A DNA stretch of 64,000 nucleotides from Ascidiella aspersa (lineage: Eukaryota). The position numbers were made by a program, and so were the translations under genes. Below, one piece after another: positions 50,169-64,000 of the stretch; positions within the stretch are counted from its first letter, which is position 1, and every line of letters begins with the position of its first letter. The DNA lies in NCBI GenBank assembly GCA_963924565.1, contig OZ004614.1:24056001-24120000 (forward strand). Reading direction: 5' to 3'. The notes beneath the pieces were generated by a model that did no database searches, had not been told where the DNA came from, and was given only the letters and a program-made list of their open reading frames with translations.

Positions 50169-52941
50169 CGCCATTCCTTTAATATGCCGCTTTCACACAG
50201 GAAAAAAAGTTTCTTAGCTTGCCGTATGGCAAGGATGTTCCCATAAACGCGAGTCACAAACTTTATTAGTGATTTATTTTCCTTCTAGGCTTAACCAAAC
50301 ATGTTATGACGCATAATAATCACCAAAATTACATCCGCATTTCCTTCCTTTTTCACAGCTTATCCAACCCATACGCTCGCATGGAACAAATGTTGACTAC
50401 TGGCTTTTCTTGTCTCATTAATCTGTTTTTATAGCTGACATCAGTGTCGCAAACAAAAAGTCCACTCAAGTCAAGTCAAATCCCAGTCCAGGTCATCAGT
50501 TGCCAAATCTTAATTGGAGCAAGTCACGTCATTTAGCTCAAAAACCCAAGTCAAATCAAATAAATGTAAAGCGTTGATTTAAGCCTATACAAAAGTCATC
50601 GACTAACGTCTGCGCAATCATGGCTGACATACGTCATATTTTCTCCGGCGACAAACTTAATTTGCTGAAATGTGTACAAAGAAACAGCAGTCATCAAATG
50701 TCTCAGCGTTACGTAAAATACCGATGAAAAAATTGTTTTCTTAAACGTGAACCCGCACCATGAGTAAAAAAAAACACTCACTATGACTAGTTTAACAAAA
50801 ACATTACATTTTGTTAATTAATTTTGGCTTTTCCCAATTTATCCGGATTGATTATAATGACGTGTTTGACGATTTTTTTTGGATCTTCCAATACTACAGA
50901 AATCCTACATAAACATTAGGTGGACATATGGAACGAAACACGTCGCTTTGTCTTCGGGTATTTAAGTTATTTCTGAAAAGGGCTAGGACCGAGTTACCAA
51001 AAAAAGTCATTACAACCAATTTAGTTCTACTTCCTCAAACTGCGTTTGAACTAAAATCTTTGGGCGATTTGTATATTAAGACAATCCTCGAAGGTATAGA
51101 ATAGAAAGAGTATTATGTTTTTAAGATATTGGGCAACATTGTAATGAATTGCTCTATTCTCGTTGACAGACTTCAAACCTCGAATACCCCTTATGTTGCC
51201 TAGCACGCTGTGGAAATCAAAAGACAAAAATTAATCGTCTTATGACCAACCGCTTAACGAAAACTGCCATACTGTTTTAAACAACACAGCTTCCGTAGCT
51301 TCCGTTAAGATTTCGTCTATACGTTGTTCATCGCATTATCCCAGTATTATCAGATCGTGATCGTTTGTTTCAAATAAATTTTTAGAACAAATTCGGAAGA
51401 AGAATCAATTCCCACTCCAAATCAAGCGATTTTAATTAAACTGAAAACGACCATGTTAATAGTGGAACCCAAGCAGGCTTGGACAACTTAAAGCAATTCT
51501 AGTTATTTCATTAAATGAATTCAGAGCAAAATACGGCTAATTTTAATTTTAATCTAGTTTGTGGATTGCTTGTGTGCTCTAATTCTAGTTCTATTTTAAT
51601 TCGGATTTTCATAAAAATGCCACTTTGTCCAACGGCATTTTTATTCTCCCAGTTGAAACCAAGAATTTTAATTTATTACACATCGGTCGGCACAACTTTT
51701 TTGTGACTTTATAGTGTGAAAAGTATGCTAAAACATTTTTATAAAAATTAGCAAACAAGTATTTACCCATTCGCATTTATTATGAGATTAATTGGCGAAT
51801 TAGATATAATTTATTGTCCATAAATAAACATAATGGGGGCTTTAAAGTGCGAATGTCACGCCAAAACTCACGAAGAAAATATTTAGCGAAAACACAAATG
51901 TAATTCACGTACAAGTCAACTTAGCAGTGTTTTACGATTGTTTTCATATTTTTGGAGCCAGCCTGTTGACTTGGTTCTACACGAAAATACAGGAAGCAAT
52001 ACTGTAGCCTGTCGATTTAGTTACTAACGCTACTTGGCGATGGGTATTTAATAACACGGAGCCGTCATGGTTAGCTCCTGCGATTTCCTAAATGGCTAAC
52101 CCGAGTGGAATAATATACACATGTGTAAAATGCTTTAACTTATAATGCCCTATGATTGCGGAGAACGTTAACTTGTGAAATAAAAAACAAAGCAAAATGG
52201 AAGAAAGGACTTTGATTTCAGCATGCACAAATACTAAAAGTTACGCTTAAAGGATATGTTAACGACAGTCGAAAATAAGAAAAATATAATGTGCACTTAC
52301 GACGGAGCAATGGAAAGTTTAATTTCCATAAACTCGTAATAGAACTTGAACAACACAATAAAAAGACAATTTTTTTGTTTAGCCCTAAGTTCACGGAAAC
52401 CCCAGAAAACATCTTGCGACCCACAGCTTGGCAACCACTGTGTTAAAGAGTTGCAAGAATTCAACGCTTTTCGTTTTCTGCTCAAGTAAGTTTGAAAAAT
52501 TTGTTCTGAACTGTATTTTGAATGCATGAAATCAATATGTTTAATCATTTACTCTCCATTTAACCCTATATGTGTTGGTTGACCATTGCAAAAATTATCC
52601 ACGCTGGGGCGAACCATTGACCACAGTTTAACAAATGCAGCGTTTTATCATGTAAGACATGACTACAAGAAAATATCATATTGGAATTATGGAATATTTA
52701 CCATGGGGTAACATTGTGAAAATCAAAACAGACAATCTATAGTGTTTTAATGCAATTTGTTAACTTCCTTCTTTCTTGTTTTTAATATTTCAAGTTTTTT
52801 TGTTTGTTTTTAGTTTATCTTAATTCTTTGAGGACCAAAATGGTGCCATGCATAGTATGACTTTTTGCTCAGTGTGAACTAAAAAACTGTCCACACTGCA
52901 CAATATCCAAATGCGTTTGTTAAATTAATTGTGTAAAAACC

Positions 52942-55900
52942 CTAGTAAGCTCTCTCGTACACTGATTGGCCAATAGCAGCGTTACCAATCCCAAACTGCT
53001 CGTATGCTGTGTCTTCACTTGCAGCAATCCTTGAGACGTTGTAAGCTTGACCAGGCGACTCGCCATTGGCTGATACGTAGGCAACAGGAATGACGTAATC
53101 ACTGTCGTCAGACGGATGGTTGGTGACGTTATAGCTGGAATGAGCAGCAAAGCTAGTGTTGACGTAGTTGTTGCATTGTCCTCGAGATTGATCTTCAGCG
53201 TTGATGGACTTAGGGTCGTGACCTAGAAAAAAATAAAGCGTTGAAAAAAATATAAAATATTCTTAGGCACAAGATTTTATTTATACACATGAAAATTCTT
53301 CAAATGACAAGACATATTTTGTTAATATCAGACACCAAGGTGTTCACAGTATATTTACCTGCTTGGGGTGGGGAACGATTGTCACTTTTCCGTTTTTCAA
53401 GCTTTGTCAAAATTTGGTTTCTGAATGAAAAAAGCGCAAAAATATTCACTTATATATTTGACAAAAACACAAATATATTTCACAAAATGGCTGTCGGGGC
53501 TTTACAACACCCACCTCTTGACGTAAACAAGAATGGCCACTCCAATTAGTATTATTACTGCACAAGAAACTCCTATTGGTGTAGCAAGGCTGAGACTAGA
53601 AACAGACTGATTTTCTGAAAATAAAATACTGTTCGCTAGCCTGTTAGTATATTTATGTTTAAAAGTTTTAACTTAAGTTGTGATTCAAATTTTGATTATA
53701 CGCGAAATTTGAGGCAACTTATCAAAAGAGCTTATAGTTGTACATTACGTAAAAGCTGAATATAACAATGAAGTTGCATTGCGTAATTATAGGTTTAAAA
53801 AGCAACATCCACACTTTTATATGAGTCAGTATTTAATAAAGACATTGTGGAGTCTAGCATGATTTACTGTAAAGCATTTAAATTAAGTTTTATAGTCACC
53901 TATTGGCAGGTAACATACGCCATTCGATGGAAGAATTGTATTTCTGCACAATGACGTAATTAGGTGAAAATCTGACGTCACCGTGTCTCCCTCATTCAAC
54001 GTGACGTCATGAGTCAGTGTAGATGAAGGCGTCAGTGTTATTTCGTAAGTTGTAGTTTTGTTGTTTTTGCTGGTTCTTTTAATTTTCAGCTACATACAAA
54101 CAAAGATTTCAGAAAAATATACTTGGGTGAATCAGTAATGCAAATGACATACCTTTGCACTTGTGATAACTGAAACAGACGAAGTTGGAATTGTGATTTT
54201 AATTTGGCATATTTTGTTTTGAAGGGTAAGTTTAGAAGCGATTGCTGCAAACACGTTTGAAGTTGATCCAGAAACCATTGGGGTTTGGGGGACTTTCCAA
54301 ATTTCAGGAAACATCTTGATCTAAATTATATTATTTTAACTATTATAAAGTTTTTTGATTTTTGAAACAATGCAACACACAGTGTCGTAATTAGTTGGCT
54401 AAAAAAAGAACGAAAATGAATGGTGTTAAACTTACTTGAATCTTGTAATCTTCATTACCAGGCAGGTTTCGAAATTCCGTGGAGTGAAAATAGTTTTTAG
54501 AAGCCGTCGTTTTGTAATTTTTTACGATGTTAATTGATTTGTCGGAACTTTGTGCAGTCAGCTGAAATTTGAAATCCCTGGAATATTTTGTTTCATCAAT
54601 CCACTTCACAATTATTTTGTCGCTATGGCACCGAGTAGCTTCAGTAAAACGAACAACTGAAACATAAAAAAGAGAATAATTGTTTCAGCAAACAGTTATG
54701 AAAATGGAAATGCAAAAAACAGTAATTTCCGTTTATTTTGTAAACTAGATTATTACATTATGCTTACTGGCAAAAACACAGAGAGTGGTTGACAGGAAGT
54801 TGCAATTCTTGATTTGTGATGTTCCATTCGCAAATGAAGGGCATTTGTCAGCATCTAAAGTTGCATTCTCAGTACCTGAGTTAAAAATAAGCAATTAATT
54901 GAGGTTCATTTACTAAAGTCAAACAATTTGGTTAAATTACTTTGGGTCCAAACCGCCAATTTTGAAAGCGAGCTTCCGTTAAGATATTCCGACGACGGTA
55001 ACTTGCCTCCGTGGTTCTTACAGTGTAGTGAGGCATCCGAGTATTTTCTACTCGTGTTATAGCTGACGTAAAACAGTCCATTGTCGAACCGCAAATCTGT
55101 GAAAACCGAATTTTTTAGGTTTGTGTAAAATACTCGCTTGTATGGGTTAGAATTTAATTGTAAACACGGTCGCACTTGCGCTTTCTCGCTGTTTATAATA
55201 AACCAGAGTGGCCTTACATATACCCAGCATATTGTTTTAAACTATTATTTGTTGATTTTTTGCGTACCTAAAAGGATAAATACGAAATCGTGCGAAATTC
55301 CTATAATTGTATAATTTCTCCGTGTACAGTTTTTTGGGTGTAAACTCACCGTTACAATATTGCAATGTTACAACAAAAAATACTGAGGAATCACAAACGT
55401 TGCATAGGCCACAAAAAAGTGTTGTTACACAGAAAATAAAATATATTTATTACCTTGGTTAATCATAGCAAAAATATTCTCTGTAGTACCGACTTCATTT
55501 TGTGCCGAACACTTTACAGTCGCGTTGGCGCCAAATATCGCGGAAGCTTCTATTGTTAGTGACGTCACTGTGTCGAGGGACCTGTGGATTGTGACGTAGG
55601 TTGGCGACGCGACGCTGTTGATTGTAACGTTTTGGTCGTTGATTGTCCAATGAAAGGTTGTCGACTGGTCGGCGGCAAACGTACAATTCAACGTCTGTGA
55701 TTGGCTGAATTCTGCACCTGGTGATGACGCGTTAAGAAACCTTGGGGCAACTGAAATGTTCAAAAATCGCAACCTTATTAAAAAAAAATTAAACCAGCAG
55801 GTGTGTCAAACATTTGCTCAAACATACATTCATAATCTGGGCCCCAAAGGTCGCCGGTTAGAACCTACGAGTCCCTGGCGTTAAGTTACTTAAGTTTAGC

Positions 55901-58900
55901 TTGAAATAAAAAAAAATAAACAACAAATAGTATAGCTATGAAAACACATCTAAGGAGGAACTTCTCAACATGAAGGGAAAACATATGTTGATGATATAAA
56001 TTATTGAATTTAGATTTTTTTCAAGAATAACGTAAAGGATTCACAATAGAAATATATCAGGTCATTGAAAAATATTTTTCTGTAGCAAATTGTTAACAAT
56101 CCGTAGTCATTAAAATGTAGTGTAGCAATGGCGTAAAATATTTGTTAAATGGGTCTTTATACTTTGTTTATTCATTCAACAAGGTTTACCCATAATGATA
56201 TATATTTGATATATTTGTATCAATCTTACCTCTAACTAGCAGTGTCTTTTCTACTGGGGTTATTATGCCGTCGCCCACTCTGTTGCTTGCATGACAAACG
56301 TAACTTCCACCGTCCGCTGGTGAATAAGTTGATTTAAATGTGATGACAGCAACAGTCTTGTAGATCATCTCATGAAATACTCTCTGATATACTTTAGCAT
56401 CACTGCTTGTCGATACATTTTGTAAAGCTCTGTAGGAGAATTAAACATTACACACGCCCACGGCATATATAGTTGACAATGCTCAGTAATATACTCAATA
56501 GTCCAAAGCCATAGCAGTGAAGTCGGTTAAAGAAACAAGTCTGACTCGCTTGTCCCGAGTTCGACCCCGGCCTAATGTGCAATTTCGTCGAGTCCCGTGT
56601 CCGACTCCCACTGGAGCATTTCTTTTATTTGAGAACATTTGGTGGATATTCAGCAGTTCACTATATGTCATGAAATTCTTCCACCCACAATACATTATTG
56701 GAAGTTCTTCCACCATATACTATTCCGTCTTTAGAATTTATAGTTTGTGGCCTTGACCGTTTGGAAATTTAGTAAAGCGCATGCGCACGTCGGACTCGGC
56801 ACTCTGGTAGTTGTAGGAAGTCTTATCGAGTTCTTTTTTGAAATTGTTTTTGAATTTAAGATTTTTTATTAAGCAGAACTTAACTTTTAAAATAGTCATT
56901 AGACGTTTTCAAGCATCAAACAAAATCCTTTAAATCATCTTGTTTACTTTAGAAGCAGTGCCGTGAGGTCGGGCCCAGATTCAGGACTCCAGTAAGACTA
57001 TACTTCCTAGTCCATCGCACGCCTGCTCATTTGCACGTTTGAAACCGATAAGGCCGTACTCTGGAAATCGTAAAGGCGGAACAGCAAATAAAGGTATATT
57101 TTAAAACCACGGTATGTGGGTTGGTGGTACGCACGACTCTCCTTTGTGAAATGATGCACATCTACATTATTTGATATATGGGTACGCTGAATACATGTTC
57201 GGCTGGTCACAGTCTTCGATGGATTCTGTTAATTTGACCGGAGTCGAATTTTGGACGCGGACTGTGCTTTTTTTAACCGTAGTGAAATTTATTTTTAATC
57301 TTATCATTCACATGATCAATTGCGTTTAATTTAAATATATAGCGCCTGATTAAAACAGGGCATTTTTGCTCACTTTGTCCAGTAAACTCCTGGCGTTGGA
57401 AAGCCGTACGATGTGCAGTTGATTTGTTGCTGTTGGGCATCATTTAAGGAAGTTGTTGAGGACGAAAGAAATATGTTGGCCTTCGCTAAGAATATGATAA
57501 ATCATATTAGCGAGTGCAACTTACCTTTTTGCTACTGTGTCCCAATTTATAACGCATACCTTGCAGTTGAAATGTGGTATGAACAGCATTAACGTTGTCG
57601 TTGTTATTGCTTGCTGTGCATTTGTAAACTCCAACTTGTTCGATGCTTGATGCGGTAAATTGGAGACGACCGACCTGTTTGTTATTTGGATCGTTGATTG
57701 TCGTAATTTGATGTATATGAGATGCCGTATTTGAGCCGACAGTTTGAGTGTTTCTGTGGAAAACAAATAATTACAATTTTTGCAACAACCATATTTAAGT
57801 TAAATATATAATTACCTGCTCCAGGTAACTGTTGGTCTGCGCCATCCATAAGACACGCAATCCACATGGAAACTAGCTGGAAACATTGCGATCTTCCAAG
57901 TCGATGATGGGGAAAGTGAAACGTTGGCTCTAACTGAAAATATTTCAAATGTTTAACTTGCCAATACTTGGAACATTGTCAACTGCGAACTTCGATGAAA
58001 TTTTTAATGTTTGAACTACAAAACAGTTGATTTATAAACATCACAACAGGCATTAACGAATAACAGTTTGGTGTTTAGTGCGTTTTCGCATCAATATTAT
58101 AATCAATCAATAACCGTATTGCAGTATATCATAATGCTACAGCAAAAACATTTTTAAGCTGTAAAGATGGTTATGCAATTAACTTCTCACATTTTCTACT
58201 GCTTACGATTTTCACACGAAGTATGCCAGGAATACAGTATTTCTTGGTATTTAATATTATCAGTACGGTACGATGACTTACTTAACATTACCAGAACAGT
58301 AAACTTCACTTTTCCTCCGTTTTGGGCGGTGCAATTGTATCTTCCTCCCACTTCAACCATTGCAATTGGAATGTGAAGTGTTGCAGTTGATTTGTATTTA
58401 GTAACTTCAGTCAAATTAGTTTGATAATACGGAGCGTTGTTGTTGGAAGAAATAATAACGTTCGATCTAAATGTAATTGCGTCAGTATATTTGGTTTCAT
58501 AATACAGACCAACACTAGCAAACTGAAACCAACCTCTTCCAATATACGTTGGGCGTGGGATAACCGTAACTGGTGCAGCTTGATTTTATCGATTTATCGC
58601 CATAATTCGCGATGATTACGCTTGTTGTTGATAATGTCATGTTCGGTTGCACTGCAAAGTTGTTTAAAGAGGAATTGACATAAAACAAAGGACATGCGTA
58701 AAACTAAAGATTTTCTTAAATATGGTATAGGTTTGATCAGAACGTCTTTTTAACATTGCATCTTTTACAGGACTTTTATCAAAGTAGTTGTTGAGCCCAA
58801 CATTGCTTTTGTGCGTTTGCTTTGTATTCACAAAGCCGATTCTCTTTTTTCGTATTTAGGTGGGAAGAAAAGCCATGTTATGTTAACCAATTTTTTAAAT

Positions 58901-61900
58901 AAAGTAATCTTAGAATCTTAGAGTAAACCAGCAGTGGTAGGCAAACTTTATTTATTGCGACCAAAAATGCTCATTAAAAAACCTTTTAAGGCTCACTACG
59001 AGAAACCACTACGACAATAGAAGTGGAGGGCGTGTAAACTCAGAAAAAAATTCACAAAGTGCGTAATAAAACAATTAACCCTAAAAACCTGTTGTTTTGA
59101 GCGCGAATATGGAGCTTAAACCCAGCCTTATCGTGTTTAACACGAAAAATGTCGTTGATGGTTTTAAATTGCCAAAAACGTCATTTAAAACACTTCAAAT
59201 GCATTGAAATATTTGTCTAAATAACCCCATTTATAGTCTGCCCTAACTTCACAAAAATAAACTTTGTAGCGTTTATAAGTTAGAGGGCGCAACATGACGT
59301 AGTAAGCAAAGCGCTGATGGACTGAATATATTTAAACACGAGGGAAAAAATTTTTCACTCATAAACCTGGCTAAGGGTGCCATTTATCACCTTGTGGTCC
59401 TAAGATGCAAAATGAGCCTAAATGAAAACTTAGCCACGCCATTAATAAAGTACGATGAATGTACGATCTGCTGTCACGCAGCCCAAAACTACATGATAAA
59501 TTCAAATAATAAACGGTTGGTCGCTTCCATTAATATGGCTCTAAGACCCGCTTTTGGACCGCGGCGCACAGTTTGCCCACCACTGGCTTGAAACCTTTAA
59601 TTGTTATAAATTGCGCAATAAAAATACGGTCTTTACCTGTAACAGCTAACGTTTTTGTTTGTTGGCCTCCAGCTGAGTTTGCCGCAACTTTGCAAACGTA
59701 GCTTCCACCATTATGAACGTTCACAAGCCTGATGTGTAGGGTTTGTCTCACGTAATAGCCGCTTAAATATGTGGATTGGTAAACGTGGCGGGTTGTGTCC
59801 GTAGAAACTGAAGAACCGCCCCTAAATGGAAATATAATGTATAAAATTATCGTTGAGAAAGTAACGTAACCCTAAATAGGATTGACAAACATGCTTTGTC
59901 AACTATTGACGGCGCTACACGCAAAATTGTCGAACTTAAAAAATTCCAGGGCGTTTTTTCTAACCAATTAAAAATGATTATGAGTAAAAATATAAAAATT
60001 ATGTTTCGTGAAGTTAAAATATATAGTTTGGAATTCAATGGCCTTGTGCCTATGTGGTAATCTGGAAAAGTTTGAAACATTCTTGTGAAATAAATCTGAG
60101 CTACACGAATTAATTTCGCACACTAATTGTCCGCATAACTTGGTCAAATTTCCGAGCGTTTAGACGCACTTTTAAAAGCTCTGAGGGGCGAAAAAAGCTG
60201 TACACACCCACGTTCGGCGCCTATGGTTACACGCACTATTTCTTTTACGAGGAATAAAAAACGTTTTAATTCGTTAAACAACAAAACTTTGCGCAGTCAA
60301 ATGGACTTTATGACATAATTATAAGTGTAAATCTCAAACGTGGGGGTTGTGTCGGTAAACTGATGAACCACCTCTAAATTCAAATATAATGCATATAAAA
60401 TTAATGTTGAGAGGTTAAACACACCCTTAAACTGGATAATCAAACGTTCTATATTAACCATAGAGGATGCTACCTCAAAGGGTTTGAACACTTTTGGCGA
60501 ACTGACCTATATGAAGGAATTTTGCGAACTAAATGCGCTGGTAACTTGGCCAGATCAAAAGGCGTTTTGAAGTGCTGCCAGAAATTCAGAGCGTCTGAAA
60601 ACGCTCTACACACCCACGTTTGGCGCCTATGGCTGCACGCACTATTTTGGGAGAAACGTTTAAAACCTAAAATTACAAAATTATACGCAGTCAAACGGAC
60701 TTTTGGCAGTATTACTTACTTTATGTGTCAATTCTAAACATACAATATAGTTTTCCATTATAGATAAACTGCAGCAATCATGTTAAACCAACCTCATCCA
60801 ATCAACTTGTGGTTTTGGATTTCCTCTCGATTCGCAAATAACTTGTTGTGTTGCTCCATGCGCAAGGTCAATAGCGGTGGGCGAAAATGCTATCGTTGCC
60901 AGTACTGAAACCGGAAAATAATAAGAGGAGGGCCAATAAGTGAGGTTATGTGACGTTAAAGCAACATTTCTAACGATGCCCAAGGAAATGCATTTAAAAC
61001 GTGACCGCTTAAAAATACATTCAAATATACCTATTATAGCTTGTCGCTCAAACATCAAAGTAAATTTTAAACGAACAAGAGGCACAAATTCGATGCTTGG
61101 CTTCTTAACGTATATCCGGTACATTGTACTATTGAAATATCAAGGCAATATTGGTATTACAGTATAGGAGGCTTCTATTTTAGTGAGATTATCGAATATG
61201 AGCGACTATATATATGGTATTTAATATGTATTTTGTGTCACTCCACATAAAAATTTTAGTTTCCACTTACCACGGATAGTTAGAGTCTTGCTTTTCACGC
61301 CACTTCCAGCCCAGTTGGTCGTCCTACATTCGTACAAACCCCCGTTTCCAGCGTCGTTGTTGATTCTAATGTGTAGAACAGAGTTGCCAGTTGATCCTCC
61401 GCTTGTTGTGGTTGAAACCTGATAAACTGCAGTTGAAAAACTTGAAGATACCTCCGCGTTGTTCCTTGAAAGTATATGGACGTACAATAATGGGCATTTT
61501 TTTCATTTTTTGATGAATTGCGCCTGTGGTCAAACTGTTTCTTTTTTTGCCTATGGTAACACAGTTTAATTTATAATATATCTTTTGGTATTTCACTAGT
61601 TTGTTTTAATATTCGTTTTATAGATATAGGACGAGGTTGTCTTCTGAAAATTAACATTATTAATTTTGTGCTATCATGTAGGTGTAGGCTTTGTAGGCCA
61701 TTTTGTTTTTCCAAATTGTTTTTTCCTTGTATAACTTATGGTTGATAAGTTCCAAATAGACCTAAAAAGGTATCCCTAATTTTACACAAAAAGTCAAAAA
61801 ACATGTTTATAAAAATTCTTAAACATTCATAATTATTTTCATTTTTTACTTATTTACATTGGAATGGTAAAACCACCAAAAATAAAAAGAAAGATTTGTT

Positions 61901-64000
61901 TGTCATACCGTTATAACATGCTCAATTGCATGCGTTTAAAAACCTTCAAAACAAAACGAAGTCACATATAATGCCCATCCTACCTGAACCATCTGCACTG
62001 AGGCTGGTGATAACCCGAGCAAGTGCATGTCACAGATGTAACAGCGTTGATGTTCAATGTCAGTATTGTAGATGTGAGATCTAATGCAGACGAACCTAAA
62101 GTAAAAATGAAGTTGTAAATAATAAACTACCCAACAACTTACACGCAACCTTTTACACACGAACTACTAATTGACAAAAAATCTTCAACAATATACGTAG
62201 CGGAAAAGTTCCTTAAGACAACACGTTCCTATGTTTAATTTAAAACTTTGAATACAATATTCTTTATTTCTATATTATTAAATATCTAAAAGTAAATTTA
62301 ATTACCAACTAAAAACAAATTCCACGATCGAAACATTTAACATATTTTTATTCAAATTATAATAAAGCGATTTACCGACTGTAAGTTGAACTGTTGTTGA
62401 ACCAGAACAAGTCCCAGCACTATTGCTTGCAGTGAACACGACATTTCCGGTATCAGACAAGGCGACAGAGTTGATGACGTAAGTAAAACTCGTTCCAACG
62501 AAATTACTTTTAACCGTTGGGTTTGTTCCACCATGAGCAACAACCACGTTAAGAGGTTCGGTGAAAAAGCCAGAGATGGTTCCTGTGAATGTCAAACTGC
62601 TTCCCAATGTTGGTGTGCTGGTTGGTGACGTCACAGTTAAGTTGCGAGGAACTGCGTTAAAAAAAATATTCATTTGACAGTGGTTATAAAGTTTCTCTTT
62701 AGCATAGTTCTACCGTATTGTTTATTTGTCTTTGTGTGATCTTAAATTAACGAATTTTGCCCTTGTGGAAATCAATGACATACAAAATTGTGAATCTTAA
62801 CTACCATCGATGGATAAAATATGCTATCATTTCTAAAACGTATATGTGTACACCAGAGGTTCATAAACATTTTTTTTTGTGCGACACAAGTTTAAATTTT
62901 GTTAACACCTCGCGACCCGATTAAGACACGGAAACATAGTATAAATTATATTGATTTTTAGTGAATTTGGTCTTAAACAAGTAATGCCCTGTAATGAACT
63001 ATATTTGTTTTAAATTTATACATGTTGTATTTTAAAGAAAAGACTTGAATATCCCAAAATATTAATGATGCAATAATTCAGTTCAACAGGACAAAACCAA
63101 AGAAGTGTGTTTGATGCAATCATATATAAATTTTTAACAGTCAAATATTTGTCAAATTTAAATTGAATCTGTGCGACCCAATTTTACCCTTGTCGACCCC
63201 TTATGTGGATGAGGGCGTAAAGCAGTGGTCGGCAAACTGAGGGCCGCGGCCGAAATGTGGGCCGAAGAGCCAATTTTAGTGGGCAGCGAGTTACCTATTA
63301 ATAGCTTAGTATTATCCTGTAGTTGTGGGCCGCGTGATAGCCTAGCATTACATTCAATGCACTTTATTTTAAAAGCAAGCAAGGAGCCATGTAATATTTC
63401 ACCTTAAAATCAGAATCCATCACTGTTTTCGTAGTGGTTGCACGTAGTGGGCCTTTAATAGATCTGAATAGACTACTTTAGGCCGCGACAAAAAAAGTTT
63501 GCCGACCACTGATGGCCTAAAGGTTACTTTATTTAGAACCACCGTCGTATAAAGAAATAAATAGTCTTGTTGTTAGTTTTACTTCCGGACAATCTTAAAC
63601 CAAGCTATTCAATAACATTAACCTAATTGAATATGCTGTTGCTTCCAGGAAGTGTTTCAATTGTACAATTGTCTTTCCGGACAAATTTTATTAAACTAAT
63701 TGCTCATCAAAACTGATTTATTGTTTTCAAGCAGTAATATTGTTTGACCGAAGGAGTGAAAAAATTTTTTTTGCAGTAAACTCATTCTGCAGAATATCAG
63801 TGGCTCTCAAAAACCAAAAAAGAGGAATAATAGATACTTTCCCCTTTAGTTTGTAGTTAATCCGATCAGAGCAATTCACCTTGGTATTTGCATATGTAGT
63901 AAAGTGGGTGAGTACACAACGCATCTCCCCACTTCCAAGTGTATGTATAACTGCCTGTTGAACCGGATCGTGTTCCAGTAAACACCATGCAACTTCCACT
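52942..64000 (-). CDS. Receptor copy B (paralog of copy A), 5' part beyond window end
   Basis: Exons >64000-63880, 62651-62376, 62095-61984, 61464-61271, 60904-60793, 59821-59637, 58651-58534, 58466-58282, 57933-57816, 57753-57560, 57485-57374, 56429-56230, 55750-55454, 55096-54941, 54875-54768, 54656-54436, 54320-54153, 54089-53900, 53614-53515, 53420-53359, 53222-52942. Phases and lengths equal copy A except two in-frame 3-nt deletions; no stops seen. Confidence 0.87.
63223..63511. mobile_element. hAT-type MITE (CAGTGGTCGGCAAAC family), independent insertion
   Basis: Perfect 15-bp TIRs CAGTGGTCGGCAAAC / GTTTGCCGACCACTG; internal similarity to 24164-24445; absent at the copy A site ~30545. 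Confidence 0.8.

Overview
AT-rich, intron-rich animal genomic DNA. An ascidian/tunicate-like source is my inference from ~70-nt minimal introns, MITE content and peptide precursor architecture. The window holds about two copies of a ~33.5-34 kb tandem unit (approx. 2458-36740 and 36745->64000). Each unit carries two kinds of gene on the minus strand. (1) A 24-exon type I membrane receptor gene, reconstructed by hand (copy A CDS 34812->19460, 1296 aa; copy B 5'-truncated by the window end). Its architecture is signal peptide - C-type lectin domain - 7 Ig - compact C-type lectin domain - FN3/FN3-like - TM - Tyr-rich tail. (2) Downstream of it, a cluster of tiny spliced genes missed by the ORF track. 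They encode signal peptide + Arg-rich cationic peptide with a C-x4-C loop + acidic C-terminal propiece, i.e. candidate antimicrobial peptide precursors (3 complete genes, 1 orphan first coding exon, 1 nonsense copy). The units differ by many hAT-type MITE insertions, a 3.66-kb CACTG...CAGTG TA-flanked transposon that carries a spliced non-coding cargo, and a 1.7-kb indel that removes one peptide gene. Almost all ORF-track entries are spurious or are exon fragments. All gene models are manual GT-AG reconstructions without transcript evidence.
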